Shown piece by piece: positions 51,685-64,000 of a DNA stretch of 64,000 nucleotides. A program made the position numbers and the translations under genes. Under the pieces are notes generated by a model. It did not search any database and was not told where the DNA came from. It was given only the letters and a program-made list of their open reading frames with translations. Numbering within the stretch: the stretch's first letter is position 1; every line of letters begins with the position of its first letter. This DNA is from Eledone cirrhosa (taxonomy: Eukaryota), in assembly GCA_964016885.1 (NCBI GenBank), contig OZ024741.1:340504001-340568000 (forward strand), written 5' to 3'.

Positions 51685-52099
51685 CATGAGAAGAAAGAAG
51701 AATACTGCGTGGTTGCACATTGGTTACATATGAAAAAATGAGTCCTTCGTCAGTGATTTGCCAACCATCATTGATATTTCGTCGCATTAAAAATCATATA
51801 TCTCAGGTTGGTGCGAGCAATAACTAAAAAAAGCTATTGGGACAAGTAAATCACGTAAAGCGAGTAAGACAAGTAAACAACATAGAAGGATGAAAGCAAC
51901 GCAAAGATGGGAATAAACAAGCAACATGGTTATCCGGTCAGCATAAGCTGGGTGGATTTCATGAGCGATCAAGATACAGACCGTCCGACGTGAGTGAGAT
52001 GTGAGCAAGAAGAGAACCCACTACTAGCCAAACGGGAGGAAGTGAGAAGGGGAGAAATATATATATATATATATATATGTGTTTAAATATATGTGATTC

Positions 52100-52151
<52 letters not shown>

Positions 52152-52165
52152 TTAAATATATGTGA

Positions 52166-52246
<81 letters not shown>

Positions 52247-53425
52247 GTGTGTTTAAATATATATGATTCATATATATATATATATTTAAACATTTGTCAG
52301 GAGTATACTTTACATCCCAATAAACATGATTGCTTTGAATCTAATTTAGAACAGCTTATATATATAAATATAAATATAGAATATCTTAAACAAGGCGCTG
52401 ACTACGAGGGATGATCGCAGTAAAGTACTTTATACTAAACAAACTTCACAATCATCTCACCCTAGGAGAAGATTATTTGTTAACCCATCTAAAGCTAGAG
52501 GCATCCCCCCCCCCCCCATAGTGCAGTTTAACAAGCAAAAGAACAGAATTGACCACTCCAATGAATTAATATCCTCCGCCCGCCCCCAGATCATTCTATT
52601 AGCTTCTTACTCTCTTTCTGGCTGGATGTCATCGAGGAAGATTTCCAGAGGTTCGACCTCATGCTGGAGGATGCAGAGGGGCTGGCACGAGACCGCCAGC
52701 AATGGAGAGCACTGGCGGATCTGGTCGGCTCCATGCATGATGGTGCCTCTGGATCACTGACCTAAGATGACCCCACTCTCATTGAGCAAGACCAAGAAGA
52801 AGAATTTAATTAATTAATTAAGATAGCACATTCCACCAGAACTTACTAATCATCAGAGAGGGTTCTGTTTCCTATTATAAGAAAAAATATATAATTACCT
52901 GTTGCTGAATACTACGTACGCCTAAAAGATCCAGCATAGTGTACAATACTGTACATATGCGTAGAACTAACAACATAGTAAAAAGTTTTACATTACAGAC
53001 TTGATGACGAATATAAAATTGTTACTAGAAAGAGCAGTCAACTTAAACTGTTTAATAACCTTTAAGGAGTAGCAAATATCATATAGATTTGAAACTTTGT
53101 CAGTTATATACTTTACATCTTAATAAACAAGATTGCTTTGAATCTAATTTAGAGAAGCTTATATATAGAAAAATATTTAAGGCGCCGACTAGCCAAAGGG
53201 ATGATCAGCAAGTTCTGGCAGAATGAGTCATCTTAATTAATTAATTAATTGGGAAACTCAATTCTGTTCTTTTGGTCGTGAAACTGCAGCAAGGGGAACA
53301 TTTGTTGAGCCCTCTAGCTGTAGATCGCTTAACAAATAATCTACCCCTAGGGTTAGATGCTTGTGAACTTTTTATATTTTGAAGTACTTTACTGCGATCT
53401 TCACTTTGGTTAGTCTGCGTTTTAT

Positions 53426-53516
<91 letters not shown>

Positions 53517-53621
53517 TGAAGTTAGAAGGCCAGAACAATGCAGGTATGGATATAGAATATAAATACAAATGCAAAAGATATCGCTGACAATTAGTCTTTT
53601 ACCTTAAATTTATTTGAATAT

Positions 53622-53656
53622 CCTTATATTTCGAGATAATATCTCTTCTTCGGAGG
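53622..53656 (-). ncRNA. Degenerate minimal hammerhead downstream of a Penelope ORF
   Basis: Minus: cct-CCGAAGA-a-gagat(att)atctc-GAAA-ta-TA-agg; U4 of the core is mutated. Confidence 0.5.
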
Positions 53657-54050
53657 GAAGTAAAGGGGTTAATCCAGTGTTCCAATTAGCTTGCCAAGTC
53701 ATGCTGACAGGAAATAGTATAGAAATTCCATTCTATTTCTAATGCCAAAGAGTGAAGGTTAGGTGGATAAAGGGTGTCTCCCTTTAAAAGGGTTTGGTCA
53801 TGTATGTCTAAGTGTGTGTATGTGTGTGTGGGAGAATACATGAAGGTGTATGCATGCGTGTGTCTGTGTGTATGCGTGTGTGTGAGTGTGAGAGGATATG
53901 TTTATAGGTAAATGTGGGGGCTAGATGCTCTATTATGTTAAAACTGGTCTGTGTGTGTGTGTGAGAGAGAGAATGAGTAAAGGTGAAAGCGTGTGTGTGT
54001 GTGTGTGAGAGAGGATACGCCGAGGTGTAAGTGTGGGGCTAGGTGCTCTA

Positions 54051-54480
54051 TCATGTTAAAAAATGGGTGTTGAGTTCTAGTCTGTTATTGATTGGTGGTT
54101 GCGTTTTGTCCATAATTAGTGCTTCTTTAATTCTAAGATTGCCGAAGTTTCTTTCCTTAGCTTCTATCCTATCTATTATGTTTTTGTCGGTGTCTTTGCA
54201 TTTCACTAGGTGTTTCTTAAATGAGGAAGCATTAGTGTTAAGGTGTTCTTTTATTCTAATGTGAAGTGGGCTGGTGGTGCTGCCTGTGTAGAAATTGCTG
54301 CATTTGACGCACTTTAATCTGTATACGACGTAAGCCTGGTGGCATAGGTCTGTTGGCCAGCGTGCAGCGGCTGTCATGTCTGGTGGAGTGTCTCTTAGTT
54401 AGCTGTCCGCGCAGAAAAGGTCCTGAGTGGGCTAGCTGGATATCTAGTCCCTCTCGTCTGATAGCTCTGCGGATGGCTGT
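54051..54480 (-). pseudogene. Penelope-like GIY-YIG endonuclease fragment
   Basis: VVYRLKCVKCSNFYTGSTT.PLHIRIKEH...LRIKEALIM....P.IN.R.E. Confidence 0.88.
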
Positions 54481-54652
54481 TGTTTTTCGTCACTGAAGTA
54501 TGGGAGCTTCAGGAAGCAGGTGTCAGTGCCTCGGGTGTGGTGTCCTCTGTTGTTTCTGGCACAGTTCGCGGTGGTCGTCGGGTATCCGTTCAGTTTAAGT
54601 ACTTCCAGGAAATGTGTGGTGTGAGTGTCTCGGTCTCTTGCATCGGTGCATT

Positions 54653-54688
<36 letters not shown>

Positions 54689-54692
<4 letters not shown>

Positions 54693-55274
54693 AGTTAATA
54701 TAAAAAATATATGATCAACACTAATGTGTTTTTATTGCAAATTGACAATAATTTATCAATTACGGCAAATTGCCAATAATTTAGCAATAACGGCTGTTAT
54801 TTCTAGCGCCATGAGTATGAGCCAGATTGCTGGGGAAAAATCGTGTGCAAAGGCACATGTATTTGGCATACGACAAACCAGTCCTTAGATATTTCTCTTA
54901 GGTGAAGTAACTCTAATTTTTCTGGGTGCCTATTGAGAATCACAGACAATTGATTATTTCACTAATAATTATTTCATAAATAGTTATTCCACAATTAATT
55001 AATTATTTCAATAGTATACCATCCTTTGTGAAACAGGTTTTATTTTTGAAGTTCAGACTGATCTGCTGAAAAGGTTTGAATTTTGGAATTTAAACTTGTC
55101 TAGGCACCAGGGCAGTTGCCGATATACGTGTGTGAGTATAGATTTATTATTTTTTAGATAGATACAGGCAGACTATATGTATTTGAATTAAGGTATTTCT
55201 ATCTGGCTAAATTATTGTCAATTTGCAATAAAAACACATTAGTGTTGATCATATATTTTTTATATTAACTTGTA
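54689..55274. mobile_element. Inverted-repeat element, 67-bp arms, abutting (TA)n
   Basis: 54689-54755 is the reverse complement of 55208-55274. Confidence 0.75.
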
Positions 55275-55347
55275 TTGTACTGCTCAGAAATATTTCTTAG
55301 AGCTAAATAATTGTATTTGACTCCTGAGTGAAAACTCTAAATTATAT

Positions 55348-55465
<118 letters not shown>

Positions 55466-55614
55466 GTGTGTGTGTGCGTGTGTGTGTGTGAGTGCCCCAG
55501 TTGTGTCGGGGGCGGGTAACCACAGTTAAAAAAGGTACTCAATACATTGGTAGAGTAAAGGCATCTTTATTATATATAGAAATGGCTTCTGCGGGACTAG
55601 AATTGTTTCATTCG

Positions 55615-55729
<115 letters not shown>

Positions 55730-55849
55730 GTGTGTGTGCGTTTTACATTCATTTTCCATCTTTGAATAGTTTGGATAGATAGATCTTTTCTAGCACAACC
55801 TCCTTCCATTGGCTGCATTCCTTCGTTATCTCTGAGAGGTTCAGTGATT

Positions 55850-56930
55850 TATGATCAGCTCTCACCCTTTAAGTCCACGTTTTCCTCTCGGTGCTTCTTC
55901 ATCCAATGATCATCATCCAGATGCATCACATATCAATACCAGTCTCTCATGCATGCAACACCTGATTCCTTGCATGTCTAGTATTTCTCTCAACCCCTCC
56001 GTGTTTTGTCTTTTATCCACACTGATATTATACATCCATCAGAGTATGGTTGCTTCAATCCTCTTCTGTCCTCACATACCCTTTGCATTTACTGCCCATG
56101 TCTCACTATCATGTAGCATTTTTCTCCCACAAGCATTATATAACCTGCCTTCACTCGGAGAGAAACATCCCTTTGTTGTCAACAATGGTCGTAACTTCCT
56201 GAACTGTTTCTATCATGTTCTTATTCTATCTAGTATGCTTTCAGAATCACCTCCTCCACTGATAATTAGGTTACATGTAATAAAACTATCAACTACTCCT
56301 ATGTAACCTTCCTTAGATTGGAGAACAGTTTATTTCACTAGTTCCAACTATCCCTATGAATCTCTCCATATGCAAAGTTTATCTTTTTGGTTAGTTTACT
56401 TCCCACCCCACTACACATCTTGTTTATACATCTTTTACGTTGTATACATTGTATATATAGTTCCTACCTATTTCTGTTCTACATATCAAGCAAGGGTGCG
56501 TCACAGGGTGATCAGTGTCTTGTTCTCTTTCCTACTTACTAACATTTTTGTCTTTGCTAGGTTTACTTAACCCTTTTGATTCTTAGTTTTGTTTTCTCTC
56601 ACAGATTCAGCTATAAAAACAAAATCGTCAGCATATAGAAGTTCCCATGGACAGTTAGTCTTAAACCCTTTTGTTATGGCCCAGATGACTATAGTAAACA
56701 GCTCATTACCTACTCTCACTTTACTGACATCTCTGTACATGGCTTGCACTGTTTTCACAAGTCACAATATTTCGACTCCTACTTCATCAGGTGATTTTAG
56801 CATCTCAGCGACTAAGACTTATGATCCAGCTGTTTATCCGTTTTCATATCCCTGATTGCTTCTTTGACCATATAACTGTCAACTTCGATAGCCAATCATC
56901 CCACTCTTCTTCCATATTCATCCGCCTCTT
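55850..56930 (-). pseudogene. Highly degenerate RTE-type LINE RT fragment
   Basis: VQAMYRD.SKVRVGN and CPWELLYADDFVFIAES. Confidence 0.65.
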
Positions 56931-57703
56931 ATAATAACATTTCTAGTCCACTTTCTTCTGAGCATCAGTGAGGCTAAGTGTACGAGTATCTTTCCAACAA
57001 CAAACTACTTTGTAATGTCAAACATACCTTTGATCCTCACGTGGTTGTACATTGGCAAACTTTCTTCTTTTAGGTACTCGACGTGCTATGTAGATTAGTG
57101 AAACGGTTTATGTATGTATGTATTTATGTATAATTGTATGCGTGCATGTGTGTGTGTGTGTGTGTGCGTGCGCGTGTGTGTGTGAGTGTGTGTCTCTCTC
57201 TCTCTCTCTCTGTATTGTTATGCATATATATATGTGTTCAACCAATTATGAAACATAAAACGCGAAAAATTTGCAAATAAACAAAAAAAAAAATTTTTTT
57301 TTGAACAAAATGTATTCCTTTAAAATGAAGATTGATTAATTTCTGCGTGGGACATGACAACATCAAGTTATAAAATCCCTCGCTGCCCAACATACAGATG
57401 TAAGGGGAGGTTGGGGCAGCGAATTTAACATTTTCCTGTGGGTGGTGCCATTTTACAATGCTTTACCGACGCAATAAAAGGAAAGATTCTATGGTTTCAA
57501 CATGTTTGATGTATCGCTTGATAGACACTATCAACTAACTCCGACTGCTTAATAACTTAGGCTAGATAAACTGTAAACGGATCTCCAGAAAATTAAATTC
57601 AGTCGTTATATATTAGCAATTATACATTTTCTTTACTCCATTACCACATCCGTTAAGCTAGAATGGATGTAAAACACTTCAATACTATTGTAATGTTAAT
57701 TCA

Positions 57704-58171
57704 TTATTTGACTATCATCTTAAAGAATAATGCCAAAATATCTTTCCAGCTTGGTTTCCATGTGGAGTTGTTATCCATCAAACAACGGTAATATAATCCT
57801 GCAGCTTCTTTCCGCACGCCTGCACATAGATAAATACGCACGAGCATGCGCGTGCACACAAGCACACACATACACACACAGACACACACATATATATATA
57901 CATGCGCACATACGACCACCCGCTTATAACACACACACGTACACACACACACAAACGCACACATACATATATATATTATATTATATTTTACATACACCTT
58001 ACACTGCAGGGCATTCCCTTCATCGGCTGTCAACTGGAGCTCACAATGATTGCAACACTTTCTAACAGTATCGCTCCCTCCAAGCGGCATTAATACATTG
58101 ATACTATCAGGGAATGTTTGGGTTATTTTGACCCGCTCTGTATCCGTATAGTCACCACAACTAGCTGGCTG
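57704..58171 (-). other. Candidate two-exon coding remnant (exons ~58171-58003 and 57819-57704)
   Basis: A 183-nt GTAAG...TGCAG intron filled with simple repeats separates phase-compatible non-repetitive Cys-containing frames. No recognisable family. Confidence 0.3.
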
Positions 58172-58454
58172 CTATTGTAAACACTCCACTCCATTAGTAA
58201 TTAATAGATTTCCTCCCCACGGAGTGTTTGTACTCTCCGCGTTGGCTTTTCTTTCAAATGTTTCTACCATATACATTATGTAGTATTTTCTGTTTCCTTT
58301 TCCAGTTCTTGAGTCACCATTCTACATCCTTTCTAAGTTCATTACCTGCCAGGTATATAGCTAAAAATCTACAACATCCCATCTATATGTATTTGTGTAG
58401 TAAGACAAGAATATTTAATTAATGTAACTAATTAAACGATGAAAAATGCAAGTC

Positions 58455-58610
58455 CATCGCAGCGTTAATTCCCAGTAGCTGCTGGTACTCATTTTCAATA
58501 TGAAATTAAATGTTTTGTTCAATAACATGACTCGCAACTCGGTCCAGGATTCGAACCCACGAGATTTTGATCGTAAGTGCAACAGCATAACCACTAAGCT
58601 ACGCATGTTC
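58455..58610 (-). mobile_element. tRNA-derived SINE (second family); related copies at 62400-62640 and ~28990-29105
   Basis: Minus head CGTAGCTTAGTGGTTA..CACTTACGATC..CGTGGGTTCGAATCC with A and B boxes; core AAAATGAGTACCAGC. Confidence 0.7.
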
Positions 58611-58814
58611 AATGATATTTAATTTGGTGGCAATATATTTAAAGGTCCCAAATTAGAGATTTTTTGCCAATAATAAATAATATATAGGGCTCCATGAGGA
58701 GTTGGGGGCCAAAGCGTTGTGTATTAATGCATTCTCCTTCATCTATTTGGAATTGTAAATCTTCAATATGAAGCTACACTGTTTGGAGTTGATATTGGAA
58801 TATTATACTGAGTA

Positions 58815-59800
58815 GTGTTGATGGTTGTGGTGTTGTTGGTGGTGGTCGTGTTGGTGGTAGTGTTGGTGTTGTTGGTGGTGTTGTTGGTGGTAGTGTTGGT
58901 GTTGTTGTTGTTGGTGGTAGTGTTGTTGTTGTTGGTGGTGGTGGTGATAGTGTTGTTGTTGGTGGTAGTGGTGGTGCTGTTGTTGTTGGTGGTGGTGTTG
59001 GTATTGGTATAATGGGGATAGTGTTGTTGTTGTTGGTGGTGGTGGTTGTGCTGGTATGGTGGTGGTGATAGTGTTGCTGTTGGTGGTGGTGGTGATGGTG
59101 GTGGTGGTGGTGGTGGAGTGGTGGTAGTGTTGATAGTGGTATTTGTGATACTGTTATTGTTGTTGGTGGTGATGGTGTTGCCTGTGGTGGTGGTGATGGT
59201 GTTGCCGGTGGTGGTGGTGGTTGTGTTGGTATGATGATGATGGTGTTGTTGGAAGTGTTGTTGCTGTTCTTTTGTGGTGATAGTGTTATTGCTTGTGGTG
59301 GTAGCGGAGTATTTCTTGTAGTGGTGATAGTGGCCTGGTGGTGGTGGTGGTGAAGATGGCTGTTGTTAACGTTGTGATGCCGGTTGTGGTGGTGGTGGGG
59401 AGTGTGTTACTCTGTAGTCATCTGGTGGAGAGGAAAGTCTGTAATTCCAGCCCAACCGTGAAAATAATTATCCTATAATGTTACCGGAGATATGTTATAT
59501 GTTGAAAAGCAAACCCACCCACATACCCACCCACCACCACCACCACGACCAACACCACCAACATTACCACTACCACCAACACCACTGCCACAACCACCAC
59601 TGCCACAAACAACACCACAACCACCAACAACAATACTACCATCACCACAAAGCACCACCACCACCACCAACCACCGCCACCACCATCACTATCACCAACA
59701 ACACCACTACTGCCACCACACCACCAACACCCCCTACCATCACCACAAAAACAATGGCACCGCCACTACTACCACTATGTTGAAAAACAACAACTAAAGC
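58815..59800. repeat. (GGT/GTT)n and (ACC/AAC)n low-complexity tracts facing each other
   Basis: Directly visible. Confidence 0.9.
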
Positions 59801-59954
59801 TACAACCACAAAATTCTTGGTACAAATAACTAAAACTAAAACAACAGAAATCACGTTACAAACTGTAATGTTTGAAGGTTTGCACTGTTTGTTGTTTAAG
59901 TCTAATCAAATAAACCGCTCATTTTTAGGATTTTTGTTTTTTCGATAATAATAG

Positions 59955-60665
59955 TTTCTGATTTAGGCACAAGACCAACAATTTTGGGTGAGAGGAAAGT
60001 CGATTAAATGGACCCCAGTGTATCACTGGTACTTTATTTTTATCGACCACGTAAAAATGAAAAGGAAAGCTAATCTTGGCCAGATTTGAACTCAGAATGT
60101 AAGGGGCTGTAATAAGTATATGCTGTAACTATATGCTGCATGTTGTCTGAGGTTCTGCTGATACTCCCAATCCACTGCCATTTTTTCAATAATAAAATGA
60201 TTTTTATATTTGATACAAGGCAAGTAGTTTGGGGTAGGGGAAAAGTTGATTAAATCGACCCCAGTAATTGACAGAAGGATGGAAGGTATATAATAATATT
60301 GGTTTCTGATTTAGACACAAGGCCAGCAATTTTAGGGGCAGGGAAAGTCGATTTAATCAACTCCAGTGCATTACTAGTGCTTTATTTTATCAACCCCTTA
60401 AAGATGAAAGGCAAAGCTAATCTTGGCGGGATTTGAACTCAGAACATAAAGGGTCATAACTCTATGCTTCGAAGCATGGCGTCTGATACTCTACCGATAC
60501 TGCCAATCCACCACCCTCAATAATAATAATAATAATTTTTTCTACTTTTGGCACAAGGCCAGCAATTATCCCAGAGCATTACTGGTACTTTATGTTATCG
60601 ACCCCGTAAGGATGAAAGGCAAAGTTAACCTCGGCGGGATTTGAACTCAGAGCGTAAAGGGCCAC

Positions 60666-60705
<40 letters not shown>

Positions 60706-60760
60706 GTTTCTGATTTAGGCACAAGGCCAACAACTTTGGGGAAGTGGAAGGTCAATTAAA
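59955..60760 (-). mobile_element. Cluster of at least 3-5 Meta-like SINE copies or fragments separated by (TAA)n
   Basis: Repeated GGCACAAGGCCAGCAAT..GGTACTTTATTTTATCGACCCC..GATGAAAGGCAAAG..ATTTGAACTCAG. Confidence 0.78.
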
Positions 60761-60804
60761 TTTAAGAGGAGGAAGAGGAGGAGGAGAAGAAGAAGAAGAT
60801 GACG

Positions 60805-61585
60805 ACTAAAAGCTGGGATGGAAGGATTTCAAGTTGCAGCACAAGACCAAGCCAGAAGTCACCTGAAGTACACAATGAAGCAGAACATAGCAAGTAACTG
60901 CAAAATATGTGGAGGTGGGGAAGAAATAATTAACCACATTATCACTGGTTGCCCTGTCTTAATCAAAATGAAAGACATCCAGAGACATGATAGAATTGTG
61001 ATTTACATGCGTTGGAAATTATACCAACATTATTAAATACCAACAGACCAAATATGGTACAGACACACACCAGAAAAGGTATCAAAGAATGACAAAGCAA
61101 CCATTCTCTTGGATATGTCAATACATACAGACAGAGAGATCAAAGTCAACAAACCAGATATTATAGTCAAAGACTAATAAGAAACAAAATGTCTTCTAAT
61201 TGATGTATCAATCCCCACAGATGACAATATATCTATCAAGGAAATGGAGAAACTATCCAAATATAAAGATCGAGAGATATAAATAACATGAATGTGGATG
61301 ATGAAGGCAGAAACAATACCTATAATAATAGGTGCTCTGGGGATGATAAAAAAAACATAGTCAGATACATAACCCAAACCCCAGGACTTACAAATATATA
61401 CGGCATACTAAAAATAGCACTATTAAACACTGCACACATATTACGAAGAGTACTCTCAATACAACAGAAACAACACAACTGAAAACCACACTGCACATAC
61501 CTAAGGCACATAGAGCTGCACTCGGTGATGCAGTGATAATGTGCACAAAATAATAATGAGGATGATGATAATAATGATAATAAGT
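60805..61585 (+). pseudogene. 5'-truncated degenerate Dong/R4 3' fragment with TAA-type tail
   Basis: EGFQVAAQDQA, CKICGGGEEIINHIITGC, RHD, NKPDII, LIDVSIP, KIALLNTAHILRRVL; collinear with the C-terminus of the 18457-22107 ORF. Confidence 0.85.
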
Positions 61586-61930
61586 ATTACTAAAACAGGG
61601 AAATATAATTGTTTGTTTCTTGAATTATTTTATCAAGAAAGCTCTTATCACCCCATTTTGGGTGGGCCAACCCTCATTAATTATTTATTAAATGACGGAA
61701 GTTTAACTATTTTTTATTACTGACAACTCCTCGCCCCACCTCGACATCCGTAAAACAATTTAGGATGGTAGAGTTGGCCTGACATATGGAGATAGGATGA
61801 AGATAATAGACATATAAACAGCAGCATAGACAAAGAATCAAACACGAAAAGAACAAACAGATAGATAGAATGGTAGAAAGATAGATGGCTAGCTGGGTGG
61901 ATGTGTCGGTGGGTAGCTGAATGGATGGAT

Positions 61931-61985
<55 letters not shown>

Positions 61986-62655
61986 GAGAAGAAAGAATAC
62001 TGCGTGGTTGCACATGGGTTACATATGATAAAAATAGTCCTTCGTCAGTGATTTTCCAACCTTCATTGGTATTTCATCGCTTTAAAATATATATAATAAT
62101 AATAATATTATTAAAAGTTATATATACACTATATACAACTATAAACAGGAAAGGTCAGTAACTCATTACTACCTTATTACCAGTAAGAAAAATAGCTCAA
62201 TGTATATACATCAGATGTTTTACAGAGCAGGAATATAAATGAAATAAAATGATTTGAACATAGTTTTGATTATTGTGTAATATATATATATATATATATA
62301 TATAAAACTAACATATAAAAGAAAAAGAGTCTTTACATTTCGAACATATATATACTGTATAACGTCTAAAGTCTGTCTTAAGCCAGAAGGTTCATTTGGC
62401 CGTTGCATATCCCGGTTTCATGGTGTGAAGCAACTGAGAGTACAAGACTCCCCACTGGACAGGACGCCAGTACATCACAGGGTTAAATCCCCAGCTATTG
62501 CTGGTACTCATTTTCAGCTGAGTATACTGGAGCAACATGAAATGAAGTGTTTTGCTCAAGAACACAACACGCAACCCAGGAATCGAACCCACGATGTTAT
62601 GATCGTAAGTCCAACACCCTTACCATTAGGCCATGTGCCTTCACACACACACGCA

Positions 62656-62724
<69 letters not shown>

Positions 62725-62859
62725 TATTTCCGTTGTTTTTGTCATTGGCTTTGTCCTGTGTCCCTCCTATCTTAAATTCATATTCTAAAAACTTAGTCAT
62801 GCAGACATATTTAAACTATCATATAATAGTGATTTAACAAGTCATGGAAGTCTTCAGGC

Positions 62860-63440
62860 TGAGTTAAGTGCAAGAATTGCAACCACTGGTGCAGTAATGC
62901 ACCAGCTTCAGCATTCAGTAATCAGAAGAAGGGAGGTAGGCATGAAAGCCAAACTCGCTATCTTCAATTCAGTTTCCATACTAATCCTTGGAATCTTGGG
63001 TAATGATCGAAAGAATACGATCGTGAATACAAGCGGCCGAAATGGGATTCCTCCGAAGGGTCTTTGGAGTAGTATTACTCGATAAAGAGCGTAACTCAGA
63101 GATCCAAGAGTCACTCCAAGTAGAGGCGCTTCTTCCCCAAATTGAGAGATCACAGCTCCAATATGATGGGCATGTCTCAGGAAATAATCGCTGGACAGAT
63201 TCTACAGGCAAAACCAACTGACAGGAGACCTAGGAGTAGACCCTGAGGGAGATGGTTTGATAATATCTATGAGATTGGCTGGTCACGCTTGGGGATTCAG
63301 CTGGATCAATTGGATCAATTGGAGATGGTTGCTTTTGACAGGATCCATTAGAAGGAGTGTTTCAGGACTCTGCTCCCACAACCCTCACAGGAATAAGTGG
63401 GTGAAGAAGAAGAAGAAGAAGAAAGAGAAAAAGAAGATCT
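62860..63440 (+). pseudogene. RTE (Expander/Rex3-like) LINE 3' fragment with (GAA)n tail
   Basis: ARIATTGAVM..KAKLAIFNSV, WVMIERIRS*IQAAEMGFLRRV, and a GAA repeat at 63404-63440. Confidence 0.7.
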
Positions 63441-63832
63441 TATAATAGACATCACACTGCCTAGTCTGTCTTCCTCTACTCTCCCTTCTGACCTTTTCTA
63501 CACCTCAGTGTCATTCTTCTTTGTCTGTACAGTCCATAATCTCTTCCGTTTTACTATTTCTCTCCTTTCTATATTTTTTCTCTTTTTACTAAGCTCTGAC
63601 GAGTCCTTTTCTCCTTCTTCGTCAGTTGATGCACAGAATACTTATATTTTTTCAACTATATTTGTGTAATTTCCCTAAAGGTATAACTTGTCGCTCCCTA
63701 TTTTATTATGCCCCAATGTGCCCTGGAATGAATAGTATCGACCTAAATTCTCCGAAACCGTAATGATTTCTTGACTGAGATGGGACTGTCCATCATCCCG
63801 CTTTAGCATTTATTTTTCCATGCTTGCATGGG

Positions 63833-63912
<80 letters not shown>

Positions 63913-64000
63913 CAGGAAAGAAGGTTTACATGGTTTGCTATACAAAAAAGTTTTTAATCACATAGCTTACATTTGTTTCACTGAACTGGTATGTCTAGAG

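Noticed and set aside
51680-51800. CTGACGA and GAAA on the minus strand of a dispersed repeat (also 61979-62090)
   Set aside because: Could not close stems II and III into a hammerhead fold.
57380-57422. TCGCTGCCCAAC...GTTGGGGCAGCGA hairpin with a twister-like GGAGG end
   Set aside because: Too short and lacks the twister P2/P4 and pseudoknot elements.

Overview
AT-rich, microsatellite-saturated eukaryotic DNA. The style suggests a mollusc, probably an octopod cephalopod, but that is inference only. No confidently identifiable host gene is present. The window is dominated by non-LTR retrotransposons. There are four ~5.7-6 kb two-ORF L1/Tx1-type elements (CCHC ORF1; APE-RT-Zn-finger ORF2). 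One sits in an (ATT)n tract, tail-to-tail with a full-ORF R4/Dong-type RLE element. Three diverged relatives are stacked head-to-tail in a (CTAT)n tract. Most notable: in these elements the ORF1 stop codon overlaps a canonical 5' splice site. In the three CTAT elements the ORF2 stop codon overlaps a 3' splice site (TAG|G), placed so that removing all of ORF2 as an intron would rebuild the last ORF1 Arg codon plus a stop. This is a candidate splice-controlled ORF1-only mRNA system. The rest comprises Penelope fragments with minimal hammerhead ribozymes, foldback elements abutting (TA)n, RTE, Gypsy and CRE-like relics, tRNA-derived SINEs and mini/satellites. Almost all short ORFs in the supplied track are microsatellite or antisense artefacts.
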